A stretch of DNA of 58,366 nucleotides, counting the filler, from Sphacelaria rigidula (lineage: Eukaryota): the NCBI GenBank assembly GCA_964200075.2. It is 6 parts of 6 records of this genome, joined end to end, with 100 filler letters (N's around TTAATTAATTAA, not from the genome) between each part and the next. Parts side by side here need not be neighbours in the genome. Positions count along the whole stretch, not along the records: positions 29,236 to 38,880 come from CAXNAA020008048.1; positions 38,981 to 48,624 come from CAXNAA020008049.1; 4 more parts are not named here. The stretch is one strand, 5' to 3'. The notes beneath the pieces were generated by a model, which made no database searches, was not told where the DNA came from, and worked only from the letters and a program-made list of their open reading frames with translations. Made by a program: the position numbers and the translations under genes. Positions 35,329-47,875 of the stretch are shown one piece after another (position 1 is the stretch's first letter; each line of letters begins with the position of its first letter).

Positions 35329-37898
35329 TTAAGACGTGAAATTTTGACACGTGGTTGGCAAGGTACTCTCCGATCTGTGTCTGGAAGCTTCTTTTTTTTT
35401 AGTTGTCCAGATACGACCGACCAAGATAATGGCCAATTCGATGGGCCTGATATAGCTAGACCACAGAGAACAAAAACAACTCAGGGCTTCAGGACATGTG
35501 TGGGCGAGTGCATTGCCTATCACGTATCAAAGGTTCAGGTCCCAACTTGAAACGGTTAGCTCCGCGTGACCGTATTTGCAGATATTGTTCCGAAGTCTCT
35601 CGGCATAAAAATTTCCATACAATGTGAAGAATACAGTGTTTCGGCGATACGTTTTAGAATCATTTCTGGGATCCGTTCACCCCGGACGCTAGTATCTCAG
35701 CGAGCACATCAAAAACCGCTCCAACTTTTTTTTCGAGGTCATGCCGTAAGAAAGTCATTCGTTTGACTGCGCTTTACGAGAAGGGAGCATATCAATCGCA
35801 AATCGAGCTTTTGAAAACCCTGAGGGAGAAATGTGGCTACTGTCGGAAGCGCGAGTATCTCTGGATAGGCGTCATATTGAGCACTTGAGGTTAGCATTTT
35901 GGCTGAAGTCTACGGTGGCGTACAGGCCAAGAATATCATATTTTCAATATACGCCGTATTTTACAAGCGTTTCTTCGATATATGAAAAAAAAAAAATCGT
36001 ACTTCGCAGAGCACGATGCAACCAACCGTGCGAGAATCCTCGTTGTTTTTGACGAGATCTGCTCAAGGAAACTGTTTTCAACCAAAGCGCTCCGGCAGTA
36101 TGTTGTTTGGTCTCCTGGGTGCTCAGTTTGCGGACAGAGTTGTACCCACAACAAGTTTATCATGATAACTGAAGAAAAAAAATGCATATCTTAGCGCTGT
36201 TCATGCAAATCAGAAACATCGTGCGCTGCTCAGATATTTGTTGTGAATCGATCTATCTCCGGCCATACGCCACCGTGGACCAACCCGCCGATATCCCACC
36301 ACGCCGCACGACACGGGTGATACTATTATCTGCCGAATGTCGAAGAAGTGAAAAGCACACGGAAGCATGTCTATGTGGTGGTCATTTCTCTGTCCGGTTG
36401 TTGTTGTGGGCTCTTGAATCGTTCGGCCCAGATGACTCAAGCTTGCTATCAAATACTCACACTACTTCAGTCATCGTTCCGAACCACTTCTCCAATTGTT
36501 TGCCAGCGTAGGTGACCCCACAAACCTTACACCATGTTGTATTGCATAGGTGACGCTGATGTGCCAGTGGGGAGGGATGTATTTTATAATGACCAAATTT
36601 CAAATTGCAGAGTGCATAGAAGGGCACGCGTGCTTTATTTCGCCTGATCGCTTTGGAGGGCTACCGATCGCACTCTCAAACCTAGTGCATGGTAAAAAAC
36701 CCTCCTGTTTTTTCTTCATGTCAAGGTGTTCGTTGAGATCCACACTTGTTTTGTCGCACTGTACAGCTTTTCGTCGCAGATTACATCTCCGGTTGTACAA
36801 TAGCGAAGGCCGCGTCCGCGTCCGCGTCTTGTGATATGACTAACGGCGCCATACCAGCGGTTTAGGGTTAAGGGAGAGTGCGAATCGACCGTTTTTTTAA
36901 CAACTATTTACAAAGTCGTGACGTGTGTGGTCGCTCATGATGTGCGTGGTGTATATAATGAGTTCAAGGGCTCCAATCTGTCGATGGCTCAATTGAATTT
37001 TGGTTGAGTTGGAAAAAAACAAGAAAATAATGCGGAGGACAGCATTTTATCCATTGATGGGCCTCCGAACTGCAGCTCAACAGTCATGTGCCATCGATTG
37101 TGAAAGGCATGGGCTTCATCACACGATAATGTAGGAGCACATGGACGTCACTGTGTAAAATGGGAATATCATGGAAAAACCAAAGAAGACAAAACACACC
37201 CACTTATATACAGTAAACATCAGCACCAGTTCGTACTCGACTGGACTGCTGCACGACACATGTAATATTCAGAACACTGCTGTATCACGGTACCATAGGT
37301 GGTGAAAACTACGGGCTGTAGCCCGCCGCGTGCGGTTCTGAAAGCTGTCTCGGATGGTGCAGTACCGACTCTACATCACCACAGTGGTACGCCGGCGTTT
37401 GATGCCGTACACCCGCGGCTTCGCCGCGTGCACCCTCTCAGGCCGGAAGTCTTCGAGAGATCTTGCTTCCTGATAGTTTCGTGGCCACGAAAGAGAAATA
37501 TCGAAAACACATGACAGGCGGCCCCGCTTTCATCCTGCTCACACGCGTGACCTCCTTTCTTCGGTACAGCAATTCGCGTGTTCGTTGCCTTTTTTCTCCT
37601 CTGTGGCTCTCCGGGCTTGTCTCCCTGTCAACATGGGGCCCCTCGCCCGGCGGCGCTAAGGTTGGTTGCGCCTGGCAACGCTTTGTTTTTGCACCTCTCC
37701 CGCGCCCGCCGCTCCGCCGCCCTGCGGCGAACGGAGATCTGAACGGATCGCCCCTCCTCGGCGGCTACGCCGCGAAAAGAACAACCCGAACCCGCCCGGT
37801 TTCCACCAACCCGCGTCGCCGCGTAGGTTATCCAATTGTTTCGGCCCCTCTGCTGCGATCCTCAGTTTTCGCGTTCTGGCGATTTTTGCGCGTGTGAC

Positions 37899-38536
37899 CT
37901 GTAGGTTGCATAAGATATCACACTTTCATAAAATACCACACACCCCTCGAAAATTACACAGTACCACATTCGTGTGCTATTTTCTTCAATTCCGAAAAGG
38001 CGCCAATTCATTGCACGGTGACAAAAGATATCACACCCCCTGGGTCGCACAACATCCACGGAGGCCTCGGCTTATCGCACGGGGATGGTTTAACGCGTGA
38101 CAACGCACACAAGCGCATGCAACCTGCGTGCCACAGCTGTGGAGACCGACAATATCGTGGAGAATAATGTAAAATACAACCCTGCTGAAAGCTCCGCGCC
38201 CCAGACTACAGTGCGTCAGACTCCAGCGGCGGCTCCACGGTTTATTGAGTCGTGTTTTCAACTCGTGCGAGGAAAAGTATGTCTATTACACCCCGTGATT
38301 ATCATCACGGTCCTGTAGGGATATTCTCGTAGCGCCCTCCATCACACGAGTGACATTATCACACCCCATTATTATCACACCCCTGCATGTCGGGTCCCGT
38401 GGGTGCACTTCATCACACCGGTGACGGAAGATATCACACCCCATACACAAGATCACACCAGTGTTATGATTTATTCACGCCCGAAATGCCATCACGCGGG
38501 TGTGATATCTATCTATCTATCTTACGCAACCTACGG
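37899..38536. mobile_element. Non-autonomous DNA transposon (Tc1/mariner-like ends) with many ATCACACCCC motifs
   Basis: TIRs C(T/C)GTAGGTTGC(A/G)TAAGA..TATCACAC, TA after the right end, and repeated internal atcacaccc motifs. Confidence 0.6.
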
Positions 38537-38880
38537 TATTGCTGCCCGACCGCGGGGCGGAGGAGCGGGTGCAATCCGCCGCCCTTCGTCTCACTTGATT
38601 TTTACTGAGCTGCGGTCGCGCCACATAGACGCCTCCTCGGTGCCCGGCAGCGGTCCCGCTCTCTTTTACTCGGTTTTTATTCAGGCAACGCCTCGCCGGT
38701 TCCTGGCGATGGCCCCGAAACATGTAAGCGAAATCTGCGCTGTTTTGCGTCGCTATCTATCGTATGTAGTTGTGATTCATGTAAACACTGAATATAGCGG
38801 GGGCATTTGGTTTCGATTATCGGCTCACTCGCTGTTACTACTTTGTGTGTACACCAGTACGTGGCAAAGTAGTCGGAAAG

Positions 38881-38980
38881 NNNNNNNNNNNNNNNNNNNN
38901 NNNNNNNNNNNNNNNNNNNNNNNNTTAATTAATTAANNNNNNNNNNNNNNNNNNNNNNNNNNNNNNNNNNNNNNNNNNNN
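38881..38980. other. Artificial contig linker
   Basis: N + TTAATTAATTAA + N, 100 bp. Confidence 0.98.
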
Positions 38981-39618
38981 GTAATATTGTGACCACTACG
39001 AATTGCACTAATCCCTCTGGATGGTATGCTTATGGCGCTCTTCCCCACGATCGTGTGTTTGCGGCAGGTGTCCATTTGTGTTATTTTCAAGTGAAATTAT
39101 CAATAAGGCCCCTGCAGCATCATTTTTACGAAAAAAACAACACAAATGGACACCTACCGCAAACACACGATCGTGGGTAAATGGGTCTCAAGCGGAATAT
39201 GTACCCCTTTTCAAATCGATCATTGCTCTGCAAGAAAAATGGAGGCGCAGAGACCTACCTGGACAAGACAACCGTGCCTCCGTCCACCACAAAACCATTC
39301 AGGAAAATAACCACCAACGGACATCTGTCAAGGTGTCTTTATCTTATCTTCTTCTACCCCTGCCCCGGCCCCTGGGGTTTCCGCCCCTGACGGAACTACA
39401 TCTCTCTCGTCTTCGGCTCCCGCGACGATAGATACATCCAAGTCGTCAAGTTCCGCCAGTCGCGCAGGCAAGTACTTGAGCACCTGTGTTTGCGGTTGAC
39501 ACTTGTACATGTGAAGATATGCATATGAACTCGAAGATTCTTAGTTCAAGATCGTCAAATAACTCATTATAATTATTTGCTCATCGGATTGCTGACTCCT
39601 CCACTTAAGTCTTTCATC

Positions 39619-40062
39619 ACGAGCAACGACTCGAGTGCTCGCCCTCTTCATTTTTTCCACAACGAGCAATGACTCGTGTGCTCGCCCTATTCATTTTTTC
39701 CACAACGAGCAACGACTCGAGTGCTCGCCCTATTCATTTGTTTCCACAACGAGCAATGGCTCGTGTGCTCGCCCTATTCATTTGTTTCCACAACGAGCAA
39801 TGACTCGAGTGCTCACCCTGTTCATTTGTTTCCACAACGAGCAATGACTCGAGTGCTCGCCCTATATATATTGTTTCCCCAACCAGCAATGACTCGGGTG
39901 CTCGCCCTATTCATTTGTTTCCCCAACGAGCAATGACTCGAGTGCTCGCCCTATTCGATTTTTTCCCCCACGAGCAATGACTCGAGTGCTCGCCCTATCC
40001 ACTTTCCCCCCAACGAGCAATGACTCGAGTGCTCGCCCTATTATTCTTACGGCCAACGAGCA
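39619..40062. repeat. Minisatellite: 10 copies of a 42-45-bp unit with an internal hairpin
   Basis: Consensus AACGAGCAATGACTCGAGTGCTCGCCCTATTCATTTGTTTCCAC; stem CGAGCA/TGCTCG. Confidence 0.95.
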
Positions 40063-41254
40063 GCCCAACGAGTACGAGTGCCACGAGTCACACTCGTGCT
40101 CGTCCGACGTATGCAAGTGTCGTCTCGACCTTGAGCACACCCACCAATGAATTCCGACCAAAATCTCTTGAGAACGAACGTGGTCTCAACCCCTGTCTAC
40201 ACCAGGGGTTGGCGTGGGGCCTTCTGCATAATAGAATCGCATATATTTTTCGGAAACGCCGACGACCAGGGTATCAGAGTTTTTTCAAAGCTATCTCGCT
40301 ATATGGATGATTTTGCCCGAATTAATGGAGCCGAAGCCCCTTCAGTTCCTTCGCCGTCCGGATCTCTAGTCGCACGCTAAATGAACGAACGTTCTGAGCG
40401 GGTCCGGAATAGTTCTTTCTCAGTAGAAGGAGCCATTGTCACGCATGTGCCGCGCGTTAGAGGGCTGTTCATACAAAGGCCGCAATCAGTAAAACCATTA
40501 TTACCGTTTCAGATTGCCATTTCAGCATAACAACCCGGGATGGGGAAAAATATATGTGGTCATGCATGTACAGTACGAAGGTTTCGGCATCCAGCAGCAC
40601 AATAATGCGTGAAGCGGCAAAAAGTACATCAGCCTCCGGCAACCATGGCGAAAAGCTGCTTTACGTCTATGTATCCAGGCCGGGCGGTGGGTAATCCAAA
40701 GCGTTGGGCGCTGAAATTTTAATACAACATGTTTTCATCATCGCTACGCACAACCTTCCCGGGGATGCTGAGAAAAAGAAAAAAACAGGAAGTTAAAGCG
40801 ATTTGAAGCTTCTGCAGGAACAAAACAAATGCTATAACCCCGTGAAAAACAAGAAATACGGGGGCATCCCTAGTGTAGTTGTGCGACCTTGTGTGGAGGA
40901 GATGCTGGTGTGATTTCGGCCAAAAAATCCAGAAAAATGGCGCAGCATCCAACTTTTCGTGTGGCACGCACGGCTGCGCTCCTTTCATCCAAGTGATGCA
41001 CTTGACTCCAGCTATGGAGGTCACGGGTTCGAATCCCGACGGATTACTTTTTTTTCTTCCGTCGATTAGATAATACATGATACATTATGCAGCATATATA
41101 TTTTTTCATTCAGCGGCGGTCCTGTGCGTTACCACGTTGGTCTGCAGGTCACACCGATATACTCAAGTCGGGCTGATTTGGTAAACTTGATAAGTTATGG
41201 TGTGACATGCAAATTCAGGATTTACTGCTGGCCCAGCTCGTACATTACCGTCAC

Positions 41255-41308
41255 ATATATATATATATATATACACACACACATATATATATATACATAT
41301 ATATATAT
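41255..41308. repeat. (AT)n/(AC)n microsatellite
   Basis: Direct reading. Confidence 0.9.
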
Positions 41309-42950
41309 TTAACATTTTCCATGACACAGATCACCATGATACACCAACGACTAAAGTCCACATGAGGTCACCTTCGAACAAAATCCCCGATTCCCCAAGG
41401 TCTGATACCGTACCGTAAGTGTCCGAATTGAGGAAGTCATGTCGGAGAAGACCAGGGCGATGTTATGTCGTGCCTGCCGTGTATATAACGTAGCCGCTGA
41501 TGAGACATCCCTGTTTCAGACAAGGCTCAAGGCCATCTCATGAAGATGTCCATGAGCACAATTTCTCGTATGAACCATTTTCCATAATACCGCCATCGTT
41601 GCATTCGGAGATTCATCCGACCTATGTGCCCAACTTCATAGCAACGTCAAAGTCAGGCCTTGACTATGCACGTGATTCGGGCCTTGATTATACTCATGCA
41701 AACTAGAGGCATCTAGCGGGAATCGAACCCGCTTTTTTCCCGACCTCATGGTATAGTTGTACTATTTTACTTTAGGCCACCGGGGTGTGTCGGCCACGGA
41801 GGTTGTATCATTCCCACTATGCTGTACCTCTCGGAAAGCAGGCATAATCTAATGAGGCGGTTCAAGTCCACGGAACGTTCGGAAGCGGCGCCCTTTCCAT
41901 CCTGCTTGTCGAGGGTTGACTACCCTGCTTCAAGTGCCCGAAGCCGTCTATTTCCTGACCAGAAGTCATCACCCACGTCATTATTAGCCAGTAGAAATGT
42001 ATTGATGCACTGTATGCATCTGTGCGAGCAAACCCTTTGTCAGCCAGCTACGCCTTCTACTTGCCATGTTTTATTCTCTCTACAAAAACTCCATTTGGTC
42101 ATCGTCGTGGAGTCTGCAGGCAATTAGGCGATGAAAAGGTCAACGACGTCGTGTCTCGCGAACGACGACCGAGCCAAGCGCACGGGACCAAAGTATAAAT
42201 AAACCCCGATCTGATCTCCCACAGCCAATCGCATTCAAGCTATTCGACCCGCGGTACAACGGGAAGAAGGGGAGGCAAGTTTCTACTGTCGCCCGTCCCT
42301 AACCAACACTCGCGTTCCGTCCCCACGAGGGTAGCACTTCAACAAAGAAACCGGATTTCCCGTTGGCCCAGTTCTCACTTACGGGCAATACCCAAGCGCG
42401 ATCGATTGGGGATATTGAAATGTAAACTTCAAGTTCATATTTCTTGACTTTTTATCGACGGGCGCGTAGCGTAGTCGACCCTGGATCGTGGAGGGTGGGT
42501 TGCTCCCTTCCAAAAGTGTTGCTTCGCTTTCTCGTTACATGTCCATGTACCGAGGAAGAAATGTCATGTTGTCTAGCAGTATAGACCATGTGAAGGGAAG
42601 TGGTGGGAGATACATACGGTCGAAAAGTATCACGAAGTACGTACTGTAATACGCATGAGCGAACACACAGCAAACAATCACCGCCTGTTGCAGTACACTG
42701 GATTTCTGCTCGGCAACTTGGAAGATAGTGAAGGAAACCCCGGCCCTATCAAGATCGTCAACTAGCCAAACCCCCGTCCCCCGTAACGTGCTGACGTGGC
42801 ATACTTGAGAACCGCGTTGGACTGAACTGCACTGGAACGCTGTGCCACGAGCTATACAACAGTAACATTTCGAGTGGAAAAGTCTGCACATCGCTGCTAA
42901 CAAATATCACCGCGATTAATTACACAACAATGGAATGATGACCCCAACAG

Positions 42951-43119
42951 GTCGGCATGTTCGACGAGATGCTCTGGCCGATCGAGTCGATCCAGTACTT
43001 CGAGGGTATCGATGATGGCTAATCGGCGAGGTCGCCGGAGGGCCGCAGATGCGAAAAAAGGCAACTCTCCCGCCGGACCGAGATCACAACCTGGCGGTTC
43101 GGGAGCCAAGTGGTTACAG
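42951..43119 (+). CDS. Rieske-like protein, exon A (transit-peptide-like; upstream signal-peptide exon not located)
   Basis: caacag|g ... cag|gtgac. Encodes SACSTRCSGRSSRSSTSRVSMMANRRGRR...GAKWLQ (Ser/Arg-rich, then W..V as at the start of Rieske domains). Phase matches the next exon. Confidence 0.7.
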
Positions 43120-43633
43120 GTGACACGAACGATTGGATAGTCGTGGGACAGCAGTAGCCCCGTCCGCCGCAGCGTGGCGGTTGTCGGGGAGGAGATTCTC
43201 TATCGATATCCTTGTTGTGTTTCAAGTACTCGGCGAGTGTGTTGGAATGCGAGTCCGTCGAAGTGCGCCTTGTGCTGTTCACTGCTCTGTAACGGACAGG
43301 TCACCGCTGATCCGCATTGCCTTCGAATGACGACTCAAAAGTTGACAAGGGCAGCAAGTAACGAGATGGTGGCACGCCCGGGGAAAATCCAAGGCTTGTC
43401 GTGCTCGTTTTCACCTCTTTTTTGTGCGGGTTGTCCTTCGTGTGTGTTGCGTGTGTCACCCGACATTTTCAACCATTTTTCCTCGCAGCATGTGTGGACC
43501 ATCCAAACTCTCGTTACTCCTGACGTGGCGTAATGGCCTGTACTCATGCTAGCGTTTTGCTACTCGCGCACCCGGTGTGCTCTCTTATGCTGATGTTTGT
43601 CGTGATGCTGTTGCTGCATGTTTCGGTTCGTAG

Positions 43634-43675
43634 GTGCTCGACGAGATGCCGGAGATCCCACCGGGCAGCGTGAAG
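43634..43675 (+). CDS. Rieske-like protein, exon B
   Basis: tag|GTG...AAG|gta, 42 nt, VLDEMPEIPPGSVK (matches the Rieske 'el.pG..k' pattern). Confidence 0.8.
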
Positions 43676-44122
43676 GTATTGCAGCACAGCACTTGAGTTC
43701 TAGACGACAGTTGTGCTCTCTGAAGTCCTGCGCGTGCGAGTTAGCTCACGGTTGGCACCTGACCTTACGGTCCGAGCGACTACATGCCCATGTTTGACAG
43801 TGGGGGAGAGTTCCTGTTCATCAGTGTTCTATTACCAAGATGAGCACATGGCGATTGAGATGACGGCTGTGAGGAGCAGTTCCCCGTGAGATGGGAAGAG
43901 GTTCTGGCGTGGGTGTCAATCCGTTGGTCTGAGACTTGGAATCGCGCCACACACCGACATACCGCATGGTGGACTGCTTCATAACACATGTTGTCGGAAG
44001 TTCCGCACGTACGCGTACTCGTCCGCTTTGCTGCTCCATTTTCTCGTGCTTGCACGTTTTCTCCCTCTCCCTCTGTGAACATGCTCGGATGCTACCTTTT
44101 TTTTACACCTCTGTGTGCGCAG

Positions 44123-44230
44123 GTGGTGTCGGGGAAATACCAGGAAGAAGACAAGTTCTTCACGTTGGCAGCGCACGGGGGAAGGTTATTCGCCGTCAGC
44201 GAGGGGTGTGGTCGATGCCAGTTCCCGTTG
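44123..44230 (+). CDS. Rieske-like protein, exon C (ligand box 1)
   Basis: cag|GTG...TTG|gtgag, 108 nt, VVSGKYQEEDKFFTLAAHGGRLFAVSEGCGRCQFPL. Confidence 0.88.
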
Positions 44231-44656
44231 GTGAGACCGACCAAAGTAAATTTGTGTCGTTGTCATTTTGCTGTCGAAATTCCGCCCGCCACTTCCGCTT
44301 TTTCCGACGGCGGAAAGGAAGCGCGTTTTTTTCCTTCGTTGGGTGCTTCGCATGTTGATTTACCGACGCCTTGCGCATGTGTGATGACTCCGTAAAATGC
44401 TGCGAGGTGGTACTTAGTTCTCCTTTTTTGGTGTCTTCGTGACACAAACATGGGAAGCGACTCCCGAGGCTTCTGGGGTTCAGTGTTTGTTTGGTGGTCG
44501 TCAAATCTTTCCTTGGCTCAAACATATCTTGTCCTTCGTCGCTGCCGGTCATGTTGTAGTTATTCGTCAGATAAGACGAGTAGGATCTGCGCTTCGAGCA
44601 ACAACCACGTTTCCTCTTCGGTCTGTGTTGCGATCGTGCCGTGTCGCTTCGGTCAG

Positions 44657-44789
44657 ATAAACGGCAAGGTGAAGACTTTGGACGAGAGCGGTAAGGCTCA
44701 AGACATAGTTCCAGGCGTTGAAGAAGACCCAGACTCAGAAGTGGCCATTAGCTGTCCTCTTTGCGGGGCAGTGTTCAACATGGGAACAG
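44657..44789 (+). CDS. Rieske-like protein, exon D (ligand box 2)
   Basis: cag|ATA...ACAG|gta, 133 nt, INGKVK...EVAISCPLCGAVFNMGT(G). Confidence 0.88.
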
Positions 44790-45736
44790 GTATTTGGTGA
44801 ACATGTGTACGTCAGTTAATAACGGGGAGCTTGTTCATCCCCTCTTTAAGCTCATGAGTTGGCTGACAAGGTGGCACCGAAATGCCCCCCCCCGTCCGCA
44901 TTTGTGATGGAAAAGTCGGGAACATCACGGTACACGGATGTAAAAAATGAAGTTGAAGCCCTTTACCCGTTGCAAATCGTAGTACACATTGGCTGAGAAC
45001 GACGCGCCCATGTACACGCGCCTCCTTCGCTTTGGTGTGAAATGGTGGTGACGATTAGCTACTGTTACCATTGAAATAGCATGTCCTGCTCTGGTGGATG
45101 AAGCTGGTATTTCATTCCCTCTTGGTTATACATGCACATCCGAGGCCACTGATATTCTGAAGCATGTGAAACGCGTCACCTCCTCATGCATTCTGACTGT
45201 AGCGTGGGTAGCATGAGGTAACCATACACATTTCGGACGAGTGTCGGGCCTTCTTCACGTCAAAGTTATCATGTACAAAGAGTCGCGGGTGACTCACTCA
45301 GGCGTATGATGTTCATTCTATCACAAGTTCGTGTTTCCAAGGCGTTCTGACCCCCCGCCACGCGTAAAGAGAACAAGGAGTACAAAGCAGTCACATAAAC
45401 TTGGATTCGCAAGGCATCTGCTAAGGGTAAATGAAGTAGTAACCAGTGCCAGGGGTGTCTAGGTTTGAATGAAAGTCGGTCAGTTGTGTATTTTAACGCG
45501 GCAAGAAGTTCAGGTGGAAGGTGGAGGGAAAACGTTCTTCGAACCCCCCTCACCTTCCCCTTCCCGTTGACGTCAACGTTTTTTTTTACAGTTACCCGGA
45601 TCTTCCATCATCGTTGGTCCCTCAGTATACTAGGTGGGGAATAAGGTCATGTTGAGAAAATTGGTACGAGTATTTGCACCATGGCAAGCATGGTGAAGAT
45701 GTATTCTTTATTCCCCAACTCGCTTCGTTTTGGCAG

Positions 45737-45876
45737 GCGATGTGGTGGGAGAGCAGCCGGAAGGCATTGCGCAGGGATTCATGTCCAAGCTATTGTCGCA
45801 GAAGGTGGCAGAGCGGGTGAAACCGTACGATGCGAGGTTGCTTTCCACCGGAGAAGTGATTATTCGCGTCGCCTAA
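45737..45876 (+). CDS. Rieske-like protein, terminal exon E
   Basis: cag|GC completes the phase-1 Gly; DVVGEQPEGIAQGFMSKLLSQKVAERVKPYDARLLSTGEVIIRVA* matches the Rieske C-terminal 'l..Y.v....g.v.v' pattern. Confidence 0.85.
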
Positions 45877-46978
45877 AACGGGAGTCGACTACTGTCACCG
45901 TGCAAAGTAGTGGCGATAGGTGAAAAGAGAATATTTGGCTGTTCTCAGATGTAGACGGACTCGTTTTGTGGTGGTGCAATGGCCGACATATACACAACGA
46001 TATGAGGATTTCACGAGAAGATGTGAGGAACTGTAGACTTTCTTGGAACACACTGGTGTAACACAGCACAGTCGCACTGCGATCTACTGCAGAGGCACCT
46101 TCATGTTTTGTGCCGAGAACATGTGGAACACAAGTACACACACATGGCACTTGCTGAGTCGATCTTGTACTGGCTCGCTGCTGCTCCGCCCACACGAAAT
46201 GCAGTGTCGAAACTCGCTTCACCTGTTGGGGGGAGCGAGCGGAGGGTTTTATTCTCGTTTTTTTTCCGTGTACTCCATAGCATGGGAGCATCAGGTCGGT
46301 CGGAGGTGTGCGTTTGGTTGTTACAGGTGACAGGGGGTGAGGGGAAAGAGTTTGGCAATGACCGTGCACTGGTATCATCAGTTGGGATTTCTGCACGGGC
46401 ATTTATTTCTTGCTCGAGCAGCTGAAGAAGCACTCGCTCTGCTTCTTCAACCTTGCCCAGTTATATGCTTCTATTAGAGTTGGCCAAAAGTTTTTTATCT
46501 GCCCAAATTTCTATTTCAAACTCGAATGTGTCCATTTCAGTTCGGTTCTACACTAATCGCGTTACGCAAATCCCAGTATAGTTTGGCATAACTGTTCGAC
46601 AGCATCTTCGTACGTTTGACCGAACCCGGAGCGGGCACTTTTCCCCGGTTTTGAGAGCTGTTTTAATTCTAGGAATATGATATAGAAACGAAACTGTTCA
46701 TTTGTACATTGTAAAATTCGGTGGTACGGTCGTTGTACAGGCAGTCAGTACAAGTAGAGTAACGAATGCTATGTCCGGGCTTGTATGACGTACTGGAGTA
46801 CGGTGCTTGTAAGCTATTTTAGGGCAAGACCTTTGCGGTCGGCGCTTGGCGGTGTGGGTCACAAATGCAACGGCAAGTGATTGATCATAGAACACCCTAG
46901 TTCCTGGTGAAACCATAGCCCTATATCGCCTCAGCTAAAGATGTCCTCACACATGGCATTCTTTTCCCCGTTGCAATA

Positions 46979-46980
46979 TA

Positions 46981-47011
<31 letters not shown>

Positions 47012-47035
47012 GCACGCGCACGCACACACGCACAC
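46979..47035. repeat. Compound (CA)n(CG)n purine-pyrimidine tract
   Basis: Direct reading. Confidence 0.9.
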
Positions 47036-47674
47036 AGCGCCCGACCTATATTTCCAATTTCACGAAGTGACGTTGGGTTCTGCTCCGGGTAAAAGTTCGA
47101 CTCACCGGTTTCTTGCAACTCGATTCTTGCGACTTGTTTTTGCTAGACTCCCTACTCTGAAACCCCTATTGATTTCGTATTTTTGGGCAAAACTTTGTCA
47201 AACAAGAACCGAACGCATCTTGCCCCAAGGGACACCTGGACACACAGCAGTTGCTGCTGCCTACCTAGTATCATCCTCTAAATCAAAGTCTTGAGTGAGA
47301 ACGCCCGGCGGGCAGGTGCTTGACGCGGCCACTGCGTCCTGCTACGGACCCTTCCCCACGTACCCGACAAGGGGTCAATATCCCCGTACAGACAGTAGGA
47401 ATGCTAACGGATTTCACGTCCTGACAGTCGGGCAGCTAGCAAGGTGGTTATGGTGATGTCCTTCTAGCGGTATCAGCTTACAGTGCACTGGAGCAGAGTT
47501 TGCAGGTGAATGTTTAGGCGATTGCCTCACTTGCAGTTCGCCCAGATGTTTGTGGGTTTTCCCACGATCTCACGGAGTAACATTACATACATTTACATGT
47601 GGAAATGTACCAGGCCGTGGACAAGGGTTTCTACAGTCGGTACGAACACGATGTTAAAAGTGTACTGCGCACAG

Positions 47675-47875
47675 TGTGTTGTGTATGTTGTCGTCCCATC
47701 TATTCTTGACGCCGGTCTCCACCTTTCGGTATATGTGGGCGCACCAGGCGAGGTCACACAGGAGGAAGGTCAACACAGGAGTGTTTTCCACCTTTCTGCG
47801 GTGCTTGCCCATTTCTTTTTCGCGACAGGGGTCCAGGAGTCCCTTTCCCTCTTCGACCGTTAGGTCGAATTGCAC
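47675..47875 (-). mobile_element. 5'-truncated copy of the tRNA-SINE family
   Basis: Reverse complement of the body and tail seen at 28800-28990 and 6990-7100. Confidence 0.65.

Noticed and set aside
36766-36834. Final COQ10 exon (AFRRRLHLRLY)
   Set aside because: The available AG acceptor puts it out of phase with the phase-0 donor at 32279, and the similarity is weak.
39619-40062. CRISPR array
   Set aside because: The inter-repeat segments are short and homologous to each other rather than unique spacers, there are no cas genes, and the context is eukaryotic.
41496-41530. Hammerhead ribozyme (CTGATGA core; also 6418, 29271)
   Set aside because: There is no properly placed GAAA after a stem II and no supporting stems I and III.
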